From: Trichoplax sp. H2
Taxonomy: Eukaryota
Direction of reading: 5' to 3'
DNA: 64,000 bases
Assembly (NCBI GenBank): GCA_003344405.1
Contig: NOWV01000104.1
Coordinates: forward strand, 186,001 to 250,000
The translations under genes and the position numbers were made by a program. The notes under the pieces are model-generated. The model worked only from the letters and a program-made list of their open reading frames with translations, ran no database searches and had not been told where the DNA came from. Shown in pieces: positions 14,401 through 29,763 of the stretch (position 1 is the stretch's first letter; every line of letters begins with the position of its first letter).

Positions 14401-17400
14401 TTTCTAACATGAAAACAAAGAACTGTTATCATCAATAATTCCACCTACACATATTTTACTATTCTTTATACCTATTAAATTTTAACATTGCCGGTATTAT
14501 TAACAATACGATGAGGCTTTTTCATAAAATAACTTCAATTCTATATGAACTGTAAGTATTAGTCTATTTCATAGAAAGAACGATATGAATTTGTAAATGA
14601 ACTTCTATCATTTACAAGAAATAATTTAAATAGCTTCAATTTCGTTTTATTTTGAGAAATTTACTACAATATAATAGTTCATCAAATGATGTTATAGCTT
14701 TAGAAGATTATATCAATGATTGTAACAAAAATATATCTACGTAAAATTACAGTAATAACAATTATAAAGGCCATGATGAGATGGCGATACATCAAGTAAA
14801 ATTCTATGAAATCCAAACAAAGCCAGATTTTAATTTACTTTTCCATAAGTTGAAATTGTGCTTTTAAATATAACTTTAATCTGCAGTAAATAGTCTCTAT
14901 TTCAGCTTAGGCTATGAAATATGATTGATAGCATGACGGTAGTTACTTATTTTAGATAATCAATAATGTAGGTCGTTAAAGGTACAAATGATAAATTAAT
15001 ATATATGTCAATTTTGATAACCCTTAGTTAAGATGCCTGAAAGAAAAAGCAACGAATATCCGTTGCTTAATAAATTTATAATGAATTGATTAATTAAACT
15101 ATTACCTCCTAGTATAACAATAAATTATGACTTATATATATAATGTTTGTATTCCATTTCATAATCTACTACGACAATCTACGTAGTTTTTCATGAGTCA
15201 TTTGACGTGAAATAGGAAATGATAAATGTTAACGAGACATGTTTTTGTTACTTTTTAAAAATTTTTGGATCGCTAAATTTATATGACACTGCCCCAGTAC
15301 ATGTACAGTCTTGAATCAAGACCTACGCTTCCGCTAGCATTCTTTTCTATTTAAGTTACAAAATTTTTTAAAATCTATACGGTATTTTAACAGTGAGAAT
15401 ATGAAATTATTAATCTTAACAAAGACATAGTCATGACAAGTAGGCCATTTGACTAATGTTTACTTGCTTTCCTTTTACTGGACACCAAGTATACACAGTT
15501 CCATAACTTGGAATCGTTTAATTAAGTTTATATCGCATTCGCATGAATCTCATTGAATTTCAGTAAAATTATTATCTTCATTTTTCTACTATTGATAAAT
15601 AAAATAAAAATAAGTTATGAGTTGATATGAAACTTCGCTGCTGCATTTGTTTACTGAATGAATTATATAGACTAGCATGCCAGTGGATCTGAATGAGAAC
15701 AATTACTACTTCATATGTAACCTGCGATTTGCGATTGATGTATCCTTCATAGAAGATGTAAATAATGTTGATATGATAACTATCTCATATTCATATTGTG
15801 GATTTACAAAAATATAGCAGTATGATAGATATTAGGGCAATAATTATGATAAACATTGCCTATATCATCTGGACTCTTGCATGACTTTATTGATTGAATT
15901 AAGATTTTCTTTCAACAACTACGTATAATGGGTGGTAGTATTAGTCGGGTAACCTAAACTACTAGTGTCACTTATTTCTGCATTTTAAGATTATATTATT
16001 ACGAGATATCTTCAATAAATCCAACTGCAAGTACAGTAATATACTATTAAGTATTGATAAAGGAAATATTAAGTAGCTCATATTGCTAGCAAATAACTGC
16101 CGGTACTAGAAGTGCGGCAGCGGAAGCAACTTCTCAATATTTCATAGCTGATGGCAGTTAATGGTCTACAAATAAGCATATTTAGATTAATTTTAGGTAA
16201 TCCTACACAGACAGGGCATATTACAAGTAGACCGTTGTTGTTACGGTCGGTAAAACGTAAATATGATATTTATCAGCCACATTTATTACTAATACTCCCT
16301 GTTTATTATCGATACCGGGCTGTATTTGCTCAAATTCCACGACAATATCAGAAATTAAATATTGATTAAAATTATTAATACAATCCATGAATCGATATAT
16401 TGATTAATTTTAATATATTATATACGTAACATGAATACTCTCTTTCTGATATTTAAGTCATTTTAAGATCGCTGTATACATAACTCGGAATTTTGCATAA
16501 CTAAGCTCATGGACGTGAAACTTGAAAGAGTTTCTACAAAAATTAATTAGCAGTACTTATTGTATGTTGTAGCAAATAAGCCATTAAAAAGGCGGTGAAA
16601 ATGGAATAGAATAGCCTAATTGTAACTGTTATATCCTCTAAATAGAATTAATCTTTAGAGCTACCGTCGATACTTGTTATGTGGGAGTATTTTGGATAAA
16701 GAAATAACATTGCTGACGTAACAAGAGATAGTTACAGCATAAAAGTTTTTTTATATCGTTCTTAATGTAAGCCAGATTTAATAGAGAATTGATAAAGTCG
16801 GGTGTATTTGATTTGCGAATGTAGGCGTAAGACTTTTATCCGGTCAAACGATCACTTCTGTTATTTGCTAGTAAACCAAGTAATAGGATATTTTGCAGTA
16901 AGTCTGCCATAAGGATTCCTAATAAGTATTTGAGTAGAATTGATTGGGAATAATAAAATAAAAGGAGGTATCTATTATTTCAGTACTTTAAAGGCTAAGA
17001 TAATAATAATGTATGCCATATGATTACTTATGTAAACTTTAATCCTCTGCCTTAAATTTGAGATAAGAGCAAACAGTTCCTTTAACACCATATGGCCTTC
17101 TAAAAGTTACAGGAGGTTAATTCAACATTAAAAATACGACTATTATGTTTTTCGTGCATATGTATGCATAAAAATTTTAACGTAAAAGTTGGCTATGTTG
17201 GATTATTCTATTATGTAAGTTTTTAACTTCGTTTCAAGACAGCGGTTGATGGGTAGATTTATTTAGATCAAATCTTGTCTGCAATATATTATAATTATTA
17301 TCAGTTTATCTATATGATGAAGCGACTTTAAGGTATTATGCAAATATAATTGTGTCTACTTTCACTAGTCCTTTAGGATATTACCGTTTAATTAAATTGA

Positions 17401-17499
17401 GCCAGCCAGACGTTCGATAATTATCATCAGTACCAATATTACTATAAAGTGACCTTGGTAGTTTATTAAAGGTTGTCCGCGTTGAAACAAGTAACTTAT

Positions 17500-18072
17500 T
17501 GCAGTGATGTGCCCCTTATTTAATTATAAGGGTTGCTATGTTTGATTGTATTAATAGCTATATTTGATATATTTAGGTTACTAAGGATAGATATTATCTC
17601 AAGCTAATATTAGATGATGGATAACCACTATATTATAAATTGTTGATGACTAATATTAGCAAGTTGATTAAATATGGTACGAGATTTATGTGACTAGAAA
17701 CTCTGTAATTGTGGAGATGCCCAAAACCGAAAGGTGCTAAACATTAATAGAAGAGTAATGATATCTTAAGTATATAGGTTTATATTGTAGAAGATAATGA
17801 TGTTCTAATTCAGAAAAGTATTTTGTTGATGACTGATTATAAATTAATTAAGCTATCATAAACGGATTTAGTGAAATGTATTTAAGAACTTAAGAGATGA
17901 GCTCACGGAGAGAAAGGAGATTTCGCTTCGCTTTGAGCTCGGAATACTGTAGATTTAGACTAGATGCTTGTAATTATCAATTATTGCTCTACTATTCCTA
18001 AAAACTTTCAATAAAAGCCTTTTAGAAAATACCATTTGACTAGGACACTTATTGAGAGACACTTTTATTACA
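17500..18072 (+). mobile_element. Probable solo LTR (573 bp)
   Basis: TG...CA termini (TGCAGTGA / TTATTACA, differing only by transitions). TSD CTTAT on both sides. TATTTAA at 17879, AATAAA at 18010. An alternative left end, CTTAT|TGTA, exists at 16561. Confidence 0.5.
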
Positions 18073-18494
18073 CTTATTTACTTAAAATTTATTCCTTAGC
18101 ATTGAAAAGTACGATAGCTTTCTCAGTAGCTTTCATACTAGGCAGTTCGCTCACTTACGGAACGCTAAACAGTTATGAAACTATACAGTAAGCTATGCTT
18201 ACCATAACATTAAATTTTATATTATAGTATACACTAACCTCGTTACAGGATTGCAAATGCTTGAGCTGTGATTTAACACTATTCATTTTAGATCCTCAAA
18301 TTGGAGGGAAAAAATAATATTCATAAATGCCATTTTTTGAAGCAGAACCTGCTAAGATGTCCGTATTGGTTTTGACTTTTACTAGATTTTAGGAAATTGC
18401 TATTGCAAAGATTGATAGACAGCAGTTAAGTTTTGAGGTTAAACTTGTTAAAATATGAATAAAAGTTAACATATGGCGTTACGGTTCATCATTA

Positions 18495-19497
18495 CCGTAA
18501 ATAGAAAAAACACTTATTCATATTTTCATTTAAAGTAGAGTTGGGATATGTTAAATCGTTAATGGATTTCCATTAGCGACTTTGACGAATTAGATCATTT
18601 AATAAGAGTAGAATGTGTAATAGATATTATCACTTTTGTTATTTATTAGCAACGGTATATTGCGGTAGAGCGGTTACAATAGAAATAAAGTTACTTACTT
18701 GTGCCACAAACGACGTTCTGATATAAGGCTTTTCAAAAATCCAGTCAATCATTATGCTTGAGTAAGTTGTACTATTTGGTATAAGGAAGCGATGGTGTAG
18801 TGCAGCCCAAATATAGCTTAAGATTATATACAGTATGTGTGAATATCGTGCATGACGTAATTACTAGGCTAATTAAGATAGATACCCTTGTATAGGTGCT
18901 AGATCGTAGAGTGAGATTAAATATGTGAGGATTTGTATTAGTAATTGCAATACGGATTGTAAAAGTTATTAGTCATACTGCTTGGCACCTCCAGGTACGC
19001 TAGAGGTGTGATGTTAGCCTTATTAAGGTAGATAATGATTTATGTGTCACGAAGATACTCTGTACACAATTGTATATAAGCAGGAGATTTTATCTCCGAA
19101 GACAGAGTAGCCATAGATAATCTAGTCCTTGGTAGAAGACGTAATTATTGTAATAAAGTGATTTTCCTTCAAGTNNNNNNNNNNNNNNNNNNNNCCGTAA
19201 ATAGAAAAAACACTTATTCATATTTTCATTTAAAGTAGAGTTGGGATATGTTAAATCGTTAATGGATTTCCATTAGCGACTTTGACGAATTAGATCATTT
19301 AATAAGAGTAGAATGTGTAATAGATATTATCACTTTTGTTATTTATTAGCAACGGTATATTGCGGTAGAGCGGTTACAATAGAAATAAAGTTACTTACTT
19401 GTGCCACAAACGACGATCTGATATTTGGTTTTTCAAAAATCCAGTCAATCATTATGCTTGAGTAAGTTGTACTATTTGGTATAAGGAAGCGATGGTG
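18495..19497. repeat. About 300-bp near-identical duplication flanking a 20-N gap (19175-19194); probably two haplotypes
   Basis: 18495-18797 matches 19195-19497 at an offset of 700 with four substitutions. The second copy starts immediately after the Ns. Confidence 0.9.
18796..19174 (+). mobile_element. LTR-like insertion truncated by the assembly gap, absent from the second copy
   Basis: Starts TGTAGTG at the point where the two copies diverge (after GATGG). TATATAA at 19073, AATAAA at 19152. The 3' end is lost in the Ns. Confidence 0.65.
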
Positions 19498-22400
19498 ACG
19501 CGTATTTTATCTCTTTTAGGAAGATATTACTACGTTTTATTTAGAGTCTAACCTTTTCTTAGACTTCATCATCATTTATTTATCTGAATCTAAAAATCGT
19601 ATTTTAGTGGTGCACTCTACCACGACTAATCTTTGTACTTTGCTTGATTTATTCTTTATATTTTTGCAACCATAAATTCTCTCACTGTACAACATATCAT
19701 ATTATTGATATAACTAGCAAACTAGAATGTTAGGATAGGAACATCTTACATAATTAAAATTAGATCATTTATGACAATCTATTTTGCAACTATTTGAAAT
19801 AATAGAATTTATGATGTTAGAGAAAACTCCCCTAAATCCCATTTATCGCGAAATGAAAGTATGCCTAGATCTCGATTTTGTAGCCACGGTCATTATTCCC
19901 GTTAGAATTTTCACTTTAAGAAAAGTAGGGATTTTTTAATTGAGCACTAAGCTAAGTGTTGGAAAATAGACTATAAAAATGTACATAAGTACGATTGAGG
20001 ATGATTATTAACTACAACTATGGTGTAAAATAGAATTTAGCAATTAAATTACTTTTTCAATCATGCAGATACTCAGAAATGACGACCCCAATTCTAGCAT
20101 GCTGATATAATATCCTTTTATTAGTCTTTAAGAGTAGCAATAAATACTTGTATTCACGATACGATATACATAGAAACCCAAATGGGAGGAGGTTATATTT
20201 CATCTATATGTACAAATTGACATCTTTCTCCGTGATTTTTCAATTTTACATATTACTGTAATACCTCTTAGTATGCTGGAATAATTCATCACAGCATACT
20301 TAATACTGCACTAGAAAATTTTCAATGTTCTCATGATCTTATAATGACTGTAGGGCTGACAGTAAAACACTACTTAAGAAATATATTTGATAAGAGAAAT
20401 ACGAAATGCTTTGATATTATGAACTTAGGAATATCAAGAAAGTACTGTATTCGTTATCAAATACGTAAAACATTAAACCACAATTTAAATTTTCCATGGC
20501 GCTTATAATAGAGTGATTTTGATATCAATTTAAGGAGTACACCGCATAATTTAGGGACTGTAGACTATATTATAGGTCTACTATACAAATGCTCATGGCC
20601 ATTGCTTAAACTAATCAAAAAGTTATTATAAGAAAAACTTTATATCAATTTATGAAAAGTGAACGTAGTTAGAATTGTAATTATGTCGAAGGGCAGAGAA
20701 AGGTTTCGCCTTTGATCCCCGAATTGTGCTATGATAAATATGTATATTTATAATTGATCAAGAATTTTGATAGGACTCTAAATTTACGAATTGCGAAATA
20801 ACAAATATACAGCAATAACTGCATTAATAGGACTTCATTAAGAAATGTTGCTGCAGTGATTAGAATCTTACAATAGGAATTCAAGGTAATATCATTAATA
20901 GGACTAGTTCTCAGAGAACTCTGAAAAATAGCAGCTAAACAAATTTTTAGAGAATGAAATAATCAATCATTAAGAATAAATTGGCATTTAAATCTCAAAA
21001 GTAAAAGTAATCTATGTATTAACCAGTATCTAGCCCAATAGTACTCACTATAGTAGAGACCGACATACCATCACGTTTATTCTTAGTAAGTATTATGAGA
21101 ATATCACGGACGATTGCATCTTATATTCGTAGAGGCTATTCCCACATCCATTAACATTATATCGCTTTTTAAAGAAAGGATATTTGAGCAAATAATTGAT
21201 TTATATTTTAAATGCTAATTTAACTATAGAATGTACATTCAGTTTAACTTATTCCTTTAATTATTAATTGTTAGAAATTGTTTCTATCAGAAGATAGGCA
21301 ACAACTTCGATAAATTTGTTGTATTATAAATTCTAAGTAAGTGGTACATAATTAAAACTTTTATACTTTTACCAGACTAGCTTGAATAGCTAATAATAGT
21401 CATGATAACCTGAGCTACACTTGTATACAGAATTGAAGGTTCAGTTCTTATAATGTAAACAGAGAGAAATGGCTAGAAAGGAATCCTAAAACTAAAGTTA
21501 TTACTTTGTCAAACTATGGATTGCTAGTGGCGAAGATAGAAATAATTTCTGGCTTAGTAACATGAATATTGAAATAAATATTGGTATATCTTATCCTTCA
21601 TAAATATCTGAGAAATAATATTAAGTTCTTTTAGCTAACTGATTGTTTATTATTTTAAAATTTTAAACCCATTGCTAATAAAGATGAATCTTATTAAGTT
21701 CAAAATGGCTACGATAGACTACACAAGATATGAGTGTAAGCATGTATGATATTAAACTATCTTTAAGAATTTACCTTATTGTAAATTGCAAGCTCCTTTG
21801 CTACTAAAGAAGATACTAACTGAGTCGAGAACGTATAAAAGGATTACTTGATAAGATATACCCTCTCACGTTATTAAAGTCTCTTTTTAATTTTACAACA
21901 CGCGACTACGGCAATAGAATGCTAACTAAACTAAGGGTAGTCAATGATGTAGTATATTTTACCTCTAAGGTAAAAGAGCATCCAGAGTAAGTGTAGATTG
22001 CTAGAAATGCCTGGTTAGTGTTTCATGGTAGTTGATATTTAGTTAGAAGTGTTACGATTTCTATTCATCATAGATAATATGATAAAATAGGGTAAATTAT
22101 TAGGGAATCCCATGATGTCACTCTGACTTAGGTTATGTTACAATAATATTAATTTTGGTGCATACTGTGTTGATAAATCGAATCACTTTGGTAACAACGT
22201 AATGAGGCTGATAGATATGTTTTTATTTGAAACACGTTTAATATTGATAAATATCGCAATAATTTGTTTTGTTCTTATGATACATAAATAGTTCGGCCTA
22301 ATGATGTACGAATTTCACTAATTAAGTAACAAAAACACCGGTGATTTAAAATACCAATACATAATGCAGTGAGTCGAGACAGACTGATTTTGACAAAATC

Positions 22401-24143
22401 TGAAAATCAAATGTAACAAGATTAAATTTCAGAACGTTTTAACGTCATAGTAAGCTTCACTCTGAAGAATTGTCGCAATTTACATTTAACAATGTTGTTA
22501 AATACTGCAGTACATTGAGCAGAAATAGGCAAGCTGGAGTTCGAGTCAAATTAGGCATTAGGGCAATGAAGGATAATTTACTTAGCATGTTAGAGATTAT
22601 TTTACCACTAAATGGGATGTTTTATCAAGTTCTAAAGTTATTGTATTAATAATATATCGTTCAAATTAAAATATAACGTTAATCTTTTCTCTAATATTGC
22701 TTTAAAACAATTAATTAACCAACCGACTACAAATTCGTATTTCTATACACCTGATACAGTAGCTATTGCTAGATTTAAGGTTGAGGGAGAAAAGTGCAAA
22801 GCAGAGTTACAGACCCGTGTCAGTTGTTGAGAACGTTTTTTTCCGGCAAAATCTTATAAGAAAAACCAATTATGATGAGCGAGCGATGCTAAAGATCAAG
22901 CAACTCACGCATACTGATATAGTATTAGGAATTTAAGATAAAATGCGACGAAGATCTTGTATAGAAGTGGCTATGGTTCAATAAATACAATCACACAAAT
23001 ACAGTCGAAGTTCACATAGAGTATTTATTTGCGATCATTAATTAATTAAATCCTGATTGTACTATTTCCCATTTTATGATTGCCTTGCTATTGTCCGTCT
23101 AGCAAAATATTTTCTATTACTTCATACCTGCTAAAAATTTGAATATTCATGATTAATTTATATTATTTAATAATTTTCGATAATAGACAGTCTAAAATAA
23201 AGCAAATCGTAGGTCTACGACTGTATATTAACTTCATACCTATGTATCGTATACAGATTCGTTTCGGAAAAGTTTCGATTATTAGATATGCAACTCAGCT
23301 GACTGTCTAGTAATTCAATTTTTATCTAATTCTAAAACCACATGATTACTAAAACCTCTACAGTAGATATATATGGCTGAGTAAACACATAAATATTAAA
23401 AATATCTTGGAATTTAGCTATATTTTTATTTCGTAGTAGCTAATAATTTTACGATTATGTATAGAAACTAAATTGGCAATTCGAGAAATAAAATTATTGG
23501 AAATATAATATATCTAACGATAGGCACATATCCATTAAAGAAGTGTTAAAAGTACTGTTTTAATGAAACTTTTTACGGATATACAGAAAATAATCTATAG
23601 AAAACTTAAAATTATTTTATAAAGCGAATGCATCTACATTTTGCAATTTTAAAAGTGGGATATAAAATCTATAAATATTATTATGCAAGTTCTTTTATTT
23701 GGAAAACCTATTTTCCGGCATTACAACTAAAAGAAAACTATCTCTTGAATCTAATTATTTTTTAATAGCGATGTTGATCAATAGAACAACAGATACTTAA
23801 AACACGTAGATACATTTATAAGAATCAGTCTTTTAAGTATTTCTCACTTGACACGCAGCACAACTTTGCTTATTAGTACGTACTTAGATGATATTCTTAA
23901 AGCTTAAAAGTGATGTCCTATTGGCAAAGCCACAAATATTATTCAGATTATATCCTAGATCAGCTATAGAAAGCTATATGTGCATTAGTATACTGTTTTG
24001 CTAGAAATATATTGACCTGAAAGCAGCCATTAAGTTTTCTATCCTACAACTAGTACTAGAATTGTACTGATCTTGTATCGCCACCAGAAATTAAAATAAC
24101 TTGCATCCAGGACTACCTTCAAACTACTGATGCTGATACTACG

Positions 24144-26151
24144 ATGGAGGAAGAAATTCCTGATACGTTCTTGCCATTTTTAAGCTTATCTTGGCCAATT
24201 TTGATCATTTACATATGTTTCTGCTGTTTGATGTTCATAGTTGGTTCATATGGTAACATAGTAGCCTTATTACGTTATAGAATTGGCATCAATTGGCAAT
24301 TTCAAGCTGCCGAAGATTACGCTTACGTTTTAATCTTTCATCTGGCCTTAACGGACTTTATTTGCAGTATCGTGATTATACCTTTATACGTAGTGATTCT
24401 ATTTATTGGTGCTCAATATCCTTTTATTAATCAGCTTTTCAAAAGTGGCCTGGTTGGAGTTTCATGTATACAAGGCTGTATACTGATAATAATGGCTGTC
24501 GATAAAGATGTAGTTCATTGTTACATGATCGATCAAATTAGTCGTGATCCAGTTAGATTTCGGAAAAAATATTATAAAAAAGCTATAGTGGTTTCCTGGA
24601 TTCTAACTGTAACATTGATGGCTCTTAATGTTGGAAAATTTCTCTTCCCGTACGAAAAAGCAGACTGTTCAAAAACTCAGGTAAATTACGGTGATCTTTA
24701 TGCTATTTATCAGTACCAAACTTTTAATCAAATATCGAGCTATCGTCATTTATAAAGACTATACTGTAATCAATTTCGAGTATATTTGACACCGGTAAAT
24801 AGTTATTTCTAGCCAGGTTATTAATGTACAGATGTTATAGATATTAATAATGAAAGTTTACTTCTTATCAGGATATCTATAAGTGATAGTGAAAATAAAG
24901 AGAAATCATGCAAAATTAATGGGCATTTAAAATTTAATAAATGCCAGTTTTAAGTGCTATACAGTTGTTTGAAAAAGTTCTTACATAGATGTTATATAGG
25001 CTTTTAGACGAAAAGATTAAGTTTAGTACACATTTAATGTTTCTTTCTATAAGGTACTGTGCCAAATTTAATTTAGGGAAAATATCTCGATATTCTGCAA
25101 AGAGCAATAGATATTAATATCTTAACTATCTTGCTACTTAATTCAAGTTCTAACTTTAGCATAAAACATTCGATATTTATTTTAGTATGCAAGTATCACC
25201 TCTATTACTTATTGCACTACTGGAGTAAATCTATGTTGAATAATATGAAATTTCATCGCAAATACATAATTTTTGAATAGTGTGAGAAATAGAAGATTAA
25301 GAACTATAAAATAATTTGCTTGCTACAGTAGCGGTACTAATTCGGTTTCAGATCAGCTTCATATTTTATATTTTGTATTTGATGGTGAGATGGTCATTAA
25401 TACTTTAACTTAGTTAATCGAGTAAGAATTATTTTTATATATAAAGTTAATTGATACATTGCAATAATTTCTTGGGCTAGGATTGCACGATTTCTGCGAT
25501 ATCTTTTTTCACCATTCCTCTACTAATCTGGAATGTCGTCAGTTTGTCATTGGCAATCATTAGTACTGTAATTTTATCCATTTATCAGCAAATTGTCTCG
25601 AGAATATCCAGCTATCAATACCATTTGGATATGTCAAGGAATAGGTCACTTAAACGAAGAAAATTTAATCTTAAGGTTTTGTATGTAAATAAGAGCTACA
25701 TAAGATATTGTTTGCTTAAGTAAGAGTAGTATACTTGCTTTCAAATATATTTCTCACCCAATTTCCTTCTAAGTACCGATAACTGTAAATAATTATCCAA
25801 TCAGAAAAACTCATCATTGTAGGTTGCTAGATTAGCTGATATACTCCTTTTATCACACAGATTTATGTAGCTGCGGCAATTGTTGCATTGAGTTGCAAAG
25901 CGCCTTTAGCAATAATTGAGATTATACCTCCGTATGAGACATCGACAAGCATTAATTCTCACCGTATAATTATCTTACACTTGGCAGCTATGGCGACAGC
26001 TCTGATAAATCCTGTTCTCTACTACATTTTTGATGAAAATTACCGCAAAAAATGTTGCTACAAACCTCAATCGCTAGATCGATATCGACAACCAGACCTT
26101 AAATTGACGGAATTGGACCTACCAGATTCTACCTGTGAAATTGCCGTATAG
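24144..26151 (+). CDS. Divergent class A GPCR, three exons, about 340 aa
   Basis: Exons 24144-24680, 25481-25675, 25861-26151, with both introns phase 0 and GT-AG. TM1 GN, TM2 LALTD, TM4 Trp, TM7 NPVLYY. The DRY position reads DKD. Confidence 0.85.
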
Positions 26152-29100
26152 TAAAGATGTCAAAAATTAAGGTACCTATTTACTATCGTATAGCATTTGT
26201 ATTCTAGCCTCTAAAGTTATAGTTTCTTCTCCTTGAAAGAATTTAGTATCAATTACTATAGAGATTGTATTAAATTTAATGCTAGATAGTAAAATATGTA
26301 TGTCGCCCACCGCATGCATAGTAACCTTTATCTATCCCAAAATATTTGAATTAAAGGCATTTAATCAGAATAAATACCGTCATATACAGCTAATATGAAA
26401 TCGATTAAAATGTTTCTGAATAATGCTAATAAATCGATTCGTATTTTACTCCTGATATTCATCGATTTAAAATCTATCAAAATATTTTACTGATAGCTTA
26501 AATAAAATTTTATGAATTAATTATTGACTCATTAATTTCAGATGACACGAAAGAATTGCCTGATCTTATTCTCTAATGAATTTAAATTTCTTAGAGTAGG
26601 ATTTTGTGAAAGCTTTGAAGTTTTTGCCATCTGGCAGACTTCCTTTTAGATTGTATTCAGTGTATATTTAGTAATCAAAAACCTGAGTGATTACAGTATA
26701 TTAATAAGATAGTTTCAATAAGTTACTCTATAAAAATAATTTTCTTATGCTAGCGACCAATTGGTATCAAGAAAATTTATTTAGTTAAACCTGCACGGAT
26801 AATTTGCCCAATAATTTAATAATGTGCTAGAATAGATATGTGAACTAACGGCCTAATAACTGATTAGACAGATAGCATTTGAGCTGCATTAAAATCGCTG
26901 ACTACGCTAATTAATCTTAGTTAACATCTCTTTTAAGAACAATTTCTGAAATTGAATTATTTTCTTTGAGTACACCATATTGTGCTAATTCTCTATGTCG
27001 GTATTTAGTTACAATTTCAATAACGATAGTGCTCATGATTGCTAAAAATTACCTAAAATTCTTAAAATTGGTGCAAACAATTTCTGTTGCTCACATTTTT
27101 TCATCATCTTTGCTCGAAGAAACAAAAACTATTTCGAATTGTTTTGAAAATCAGATAGCCTTTTGATTAGGCGAGGATCTCCAGCATAATTTTCAATATC
27201 TACCAGGGTACATTATTTCCCTACGTAACAAATAGGAATATATTTAAAGGGAAAATAATTACGAACCGACAATTTGTCGATAGAACACCTACCTTATTTA
27301 CATTTAATTAGCTATCCTTTTCCTTTATATAGTTTATTTCTATTGTGACACTATATATTGTAAATTTTTCAGGCGCCAGTGAGGTTTTAATGGTTGATAA
27401 CTTACAATTAATATTAGTAATAGTTGTTTGTATCCTTAATGCGAGCAAATGAAAATATAGGTTCATAAATTTGTATCATAATCATAAAGAGCCTTATGTC
27501 TTGCTTAAGTCCTAATTGAATATGCTGTAGGATTGTAATGTGGCAGACTATATCTTATTCTGCATAAGTTTACTAAACCACAATAAAGGTAGGCCTACGA
27601 ACTTAAGATAAAGATCTGCTTTTATTACAATATTTAAAAAGGTGCGTGTCGGCTAGTCTATAATAGTAGAACTGCAAAACACGCGATAATATCTCTAAAC
27701 TTCTACGACTCTGTCTCTAAATCAATCAACAAAGGTTATCCTTATATATGTTCGATGTTTACGTGGAGCCTAGCAAATATTTCCCACTGGCTTATAATTG
27801 TGGAAAGCAATCATGAACATAAAGTTAAAGGTTCAAATGTTGCATATCTTAGATAAATGTTTGCTACGCTCTATGGAGTTGATTTATTGAAGTAAATTTC
27901 GCCTTAATAATCTTTACTCTTAGGATATAATGAAAGAGTACTTGTATAATAAGTCTTATTTATCATCTACAAAAATTCGAGCTTGTATGTAATGAAAACC
28001 CTTAAAAATAAAATCGTTAGCAAGTTTGCATTTAGAGTTCTTATTAAAAGCAATACAGCGCTATTATTCGTAGTAGATTTATATAATTGAGTCTTTATAA
28101 AGCTAGTAGATGTTAATAATGCTGTAATGTAACAATACTATTTAATTTCAGGTATTATAATACGAGCAAACCAAAATCACTAACCCAAAACTTAAATCGC
28201 TAACGTATGATAATGAATAATTGCGCCATAAAAATGGAAAGATAAATATAATCTACTGGATAGGTTAATTCATATTATAAATATCTGATTATTTAGTTGA
28301 GATCTTTAAATGAAAGATAATGCAAAAATGTAAGAATAATTTTATATCGATAACAATAAGTATGATTAATATATCTTTTTGTTATTAAATGGTATGCATT
28401 TTAAATTTAGGGGTACCAAATATAATGGATCTACCGAAATAGTGTTTCTTTAGAATTAGAAAATAGCTACGCAATTTCTGCTAAATTTTTGAAATTAATA
28501 GACTTTATGATCAATTCATACCAGATATTTTATATATTTTTTAAAAGGATTAGTAATATTTGCAATACCTCTGATGTTGTGGATCTCGAAAATTGATTAC
28601 TGAAAAGCACCAATAAGACAGTATATCTATTGCCTTATATAGTAATAGAATGCTGCACCTGGGGAAAAATTAGCAAGAATTCATAGTAATTTGATCGTTT
28701 GCTATCAGTAATGGTGATTAATGTCATAGTAAAAAATTTTATTATCTAGCTTAAAAAAGAATCGCAAGTTAAGAGATCTTCTCATAAATATCGATTATTT
28801 CTATCAAAAATTTGATAGCAAATATAGTGATTATTAAATCTGTATGAATTTATTTTATGATCATATTTCTCTAAAGTTAGCATCTACCTCATGTATTTTC
28901 TGAATCAACTATCATAAACTATCGATTAAATTGTCACATCAAATGAACTCATTCATATTATAGAACGCTATTCTGAATACTAATCAAACCTAATTTAGAT
29001 ACTGCAAGATATCCAAGCCAAATTGTATTAGCTCATGTCGCCAAGTATGTAAGTATACTAAGATGCTGGCAGGTGTTACATCTGTTACTGTATTCTAATT

Positions 29101-29763
29101 ATTGTTACCTGAATTGCCGTAACATTCACCAGCGAAATTATAAAAAAGCTGCCAGTAAATAACAAATTAGCCATACTCAGTATTATTATATCATATTTTA
29201 TGCCAATTAATATCCAATATAATTGCTGATGGGCTGACAATCTTGAAGGGTATTAGTTCCAATTTGCTGTACAAATTGAACTATTTAACATTACTCTTGA
29301 TCAGGATTGTGTATGATAAAGTACGGTATTATACAATATTATTTGACTCAATAACGCTATAACTATTTCATCTTTAATTTATTATGTAATCTATATTTAG
29401 TATAAAATCAGTGGGATGATAACATGAAATCTCAAATTGCGCTAATTATGAAGTTATTATTGTTTTACTCATCGCTCAGCATAAATTTGCTTTAATTGAA
29501 TTAAGTTGATATCCAATAAAATATGAAACGTAAAAATAACAGTTTTAATTCTGAGGCAATAATGAGAATCTAAAAGCTATGGCAATCTATATACCATAAT
29601 TTGTAATTATCTATTTTCGTCACAAAATGTATTTATTTTTGTATAAATTCTATAGCCACACAGATTATTACGTCAATCTTCGATTTGGGGGTACAGTTAG
29701 CTATTAAGCGTATCAACTGTGATATTTCATAAGCATTTTATTACAAGATACTGCACTGAGAAA

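Noticed and set aside
22506-22997. Possible solo LTR flanked by AATAC
   Set aside because: The inverted termini are poor and AATAAA lies almost at the end, so a chance match in AT-rich DNA is likely.
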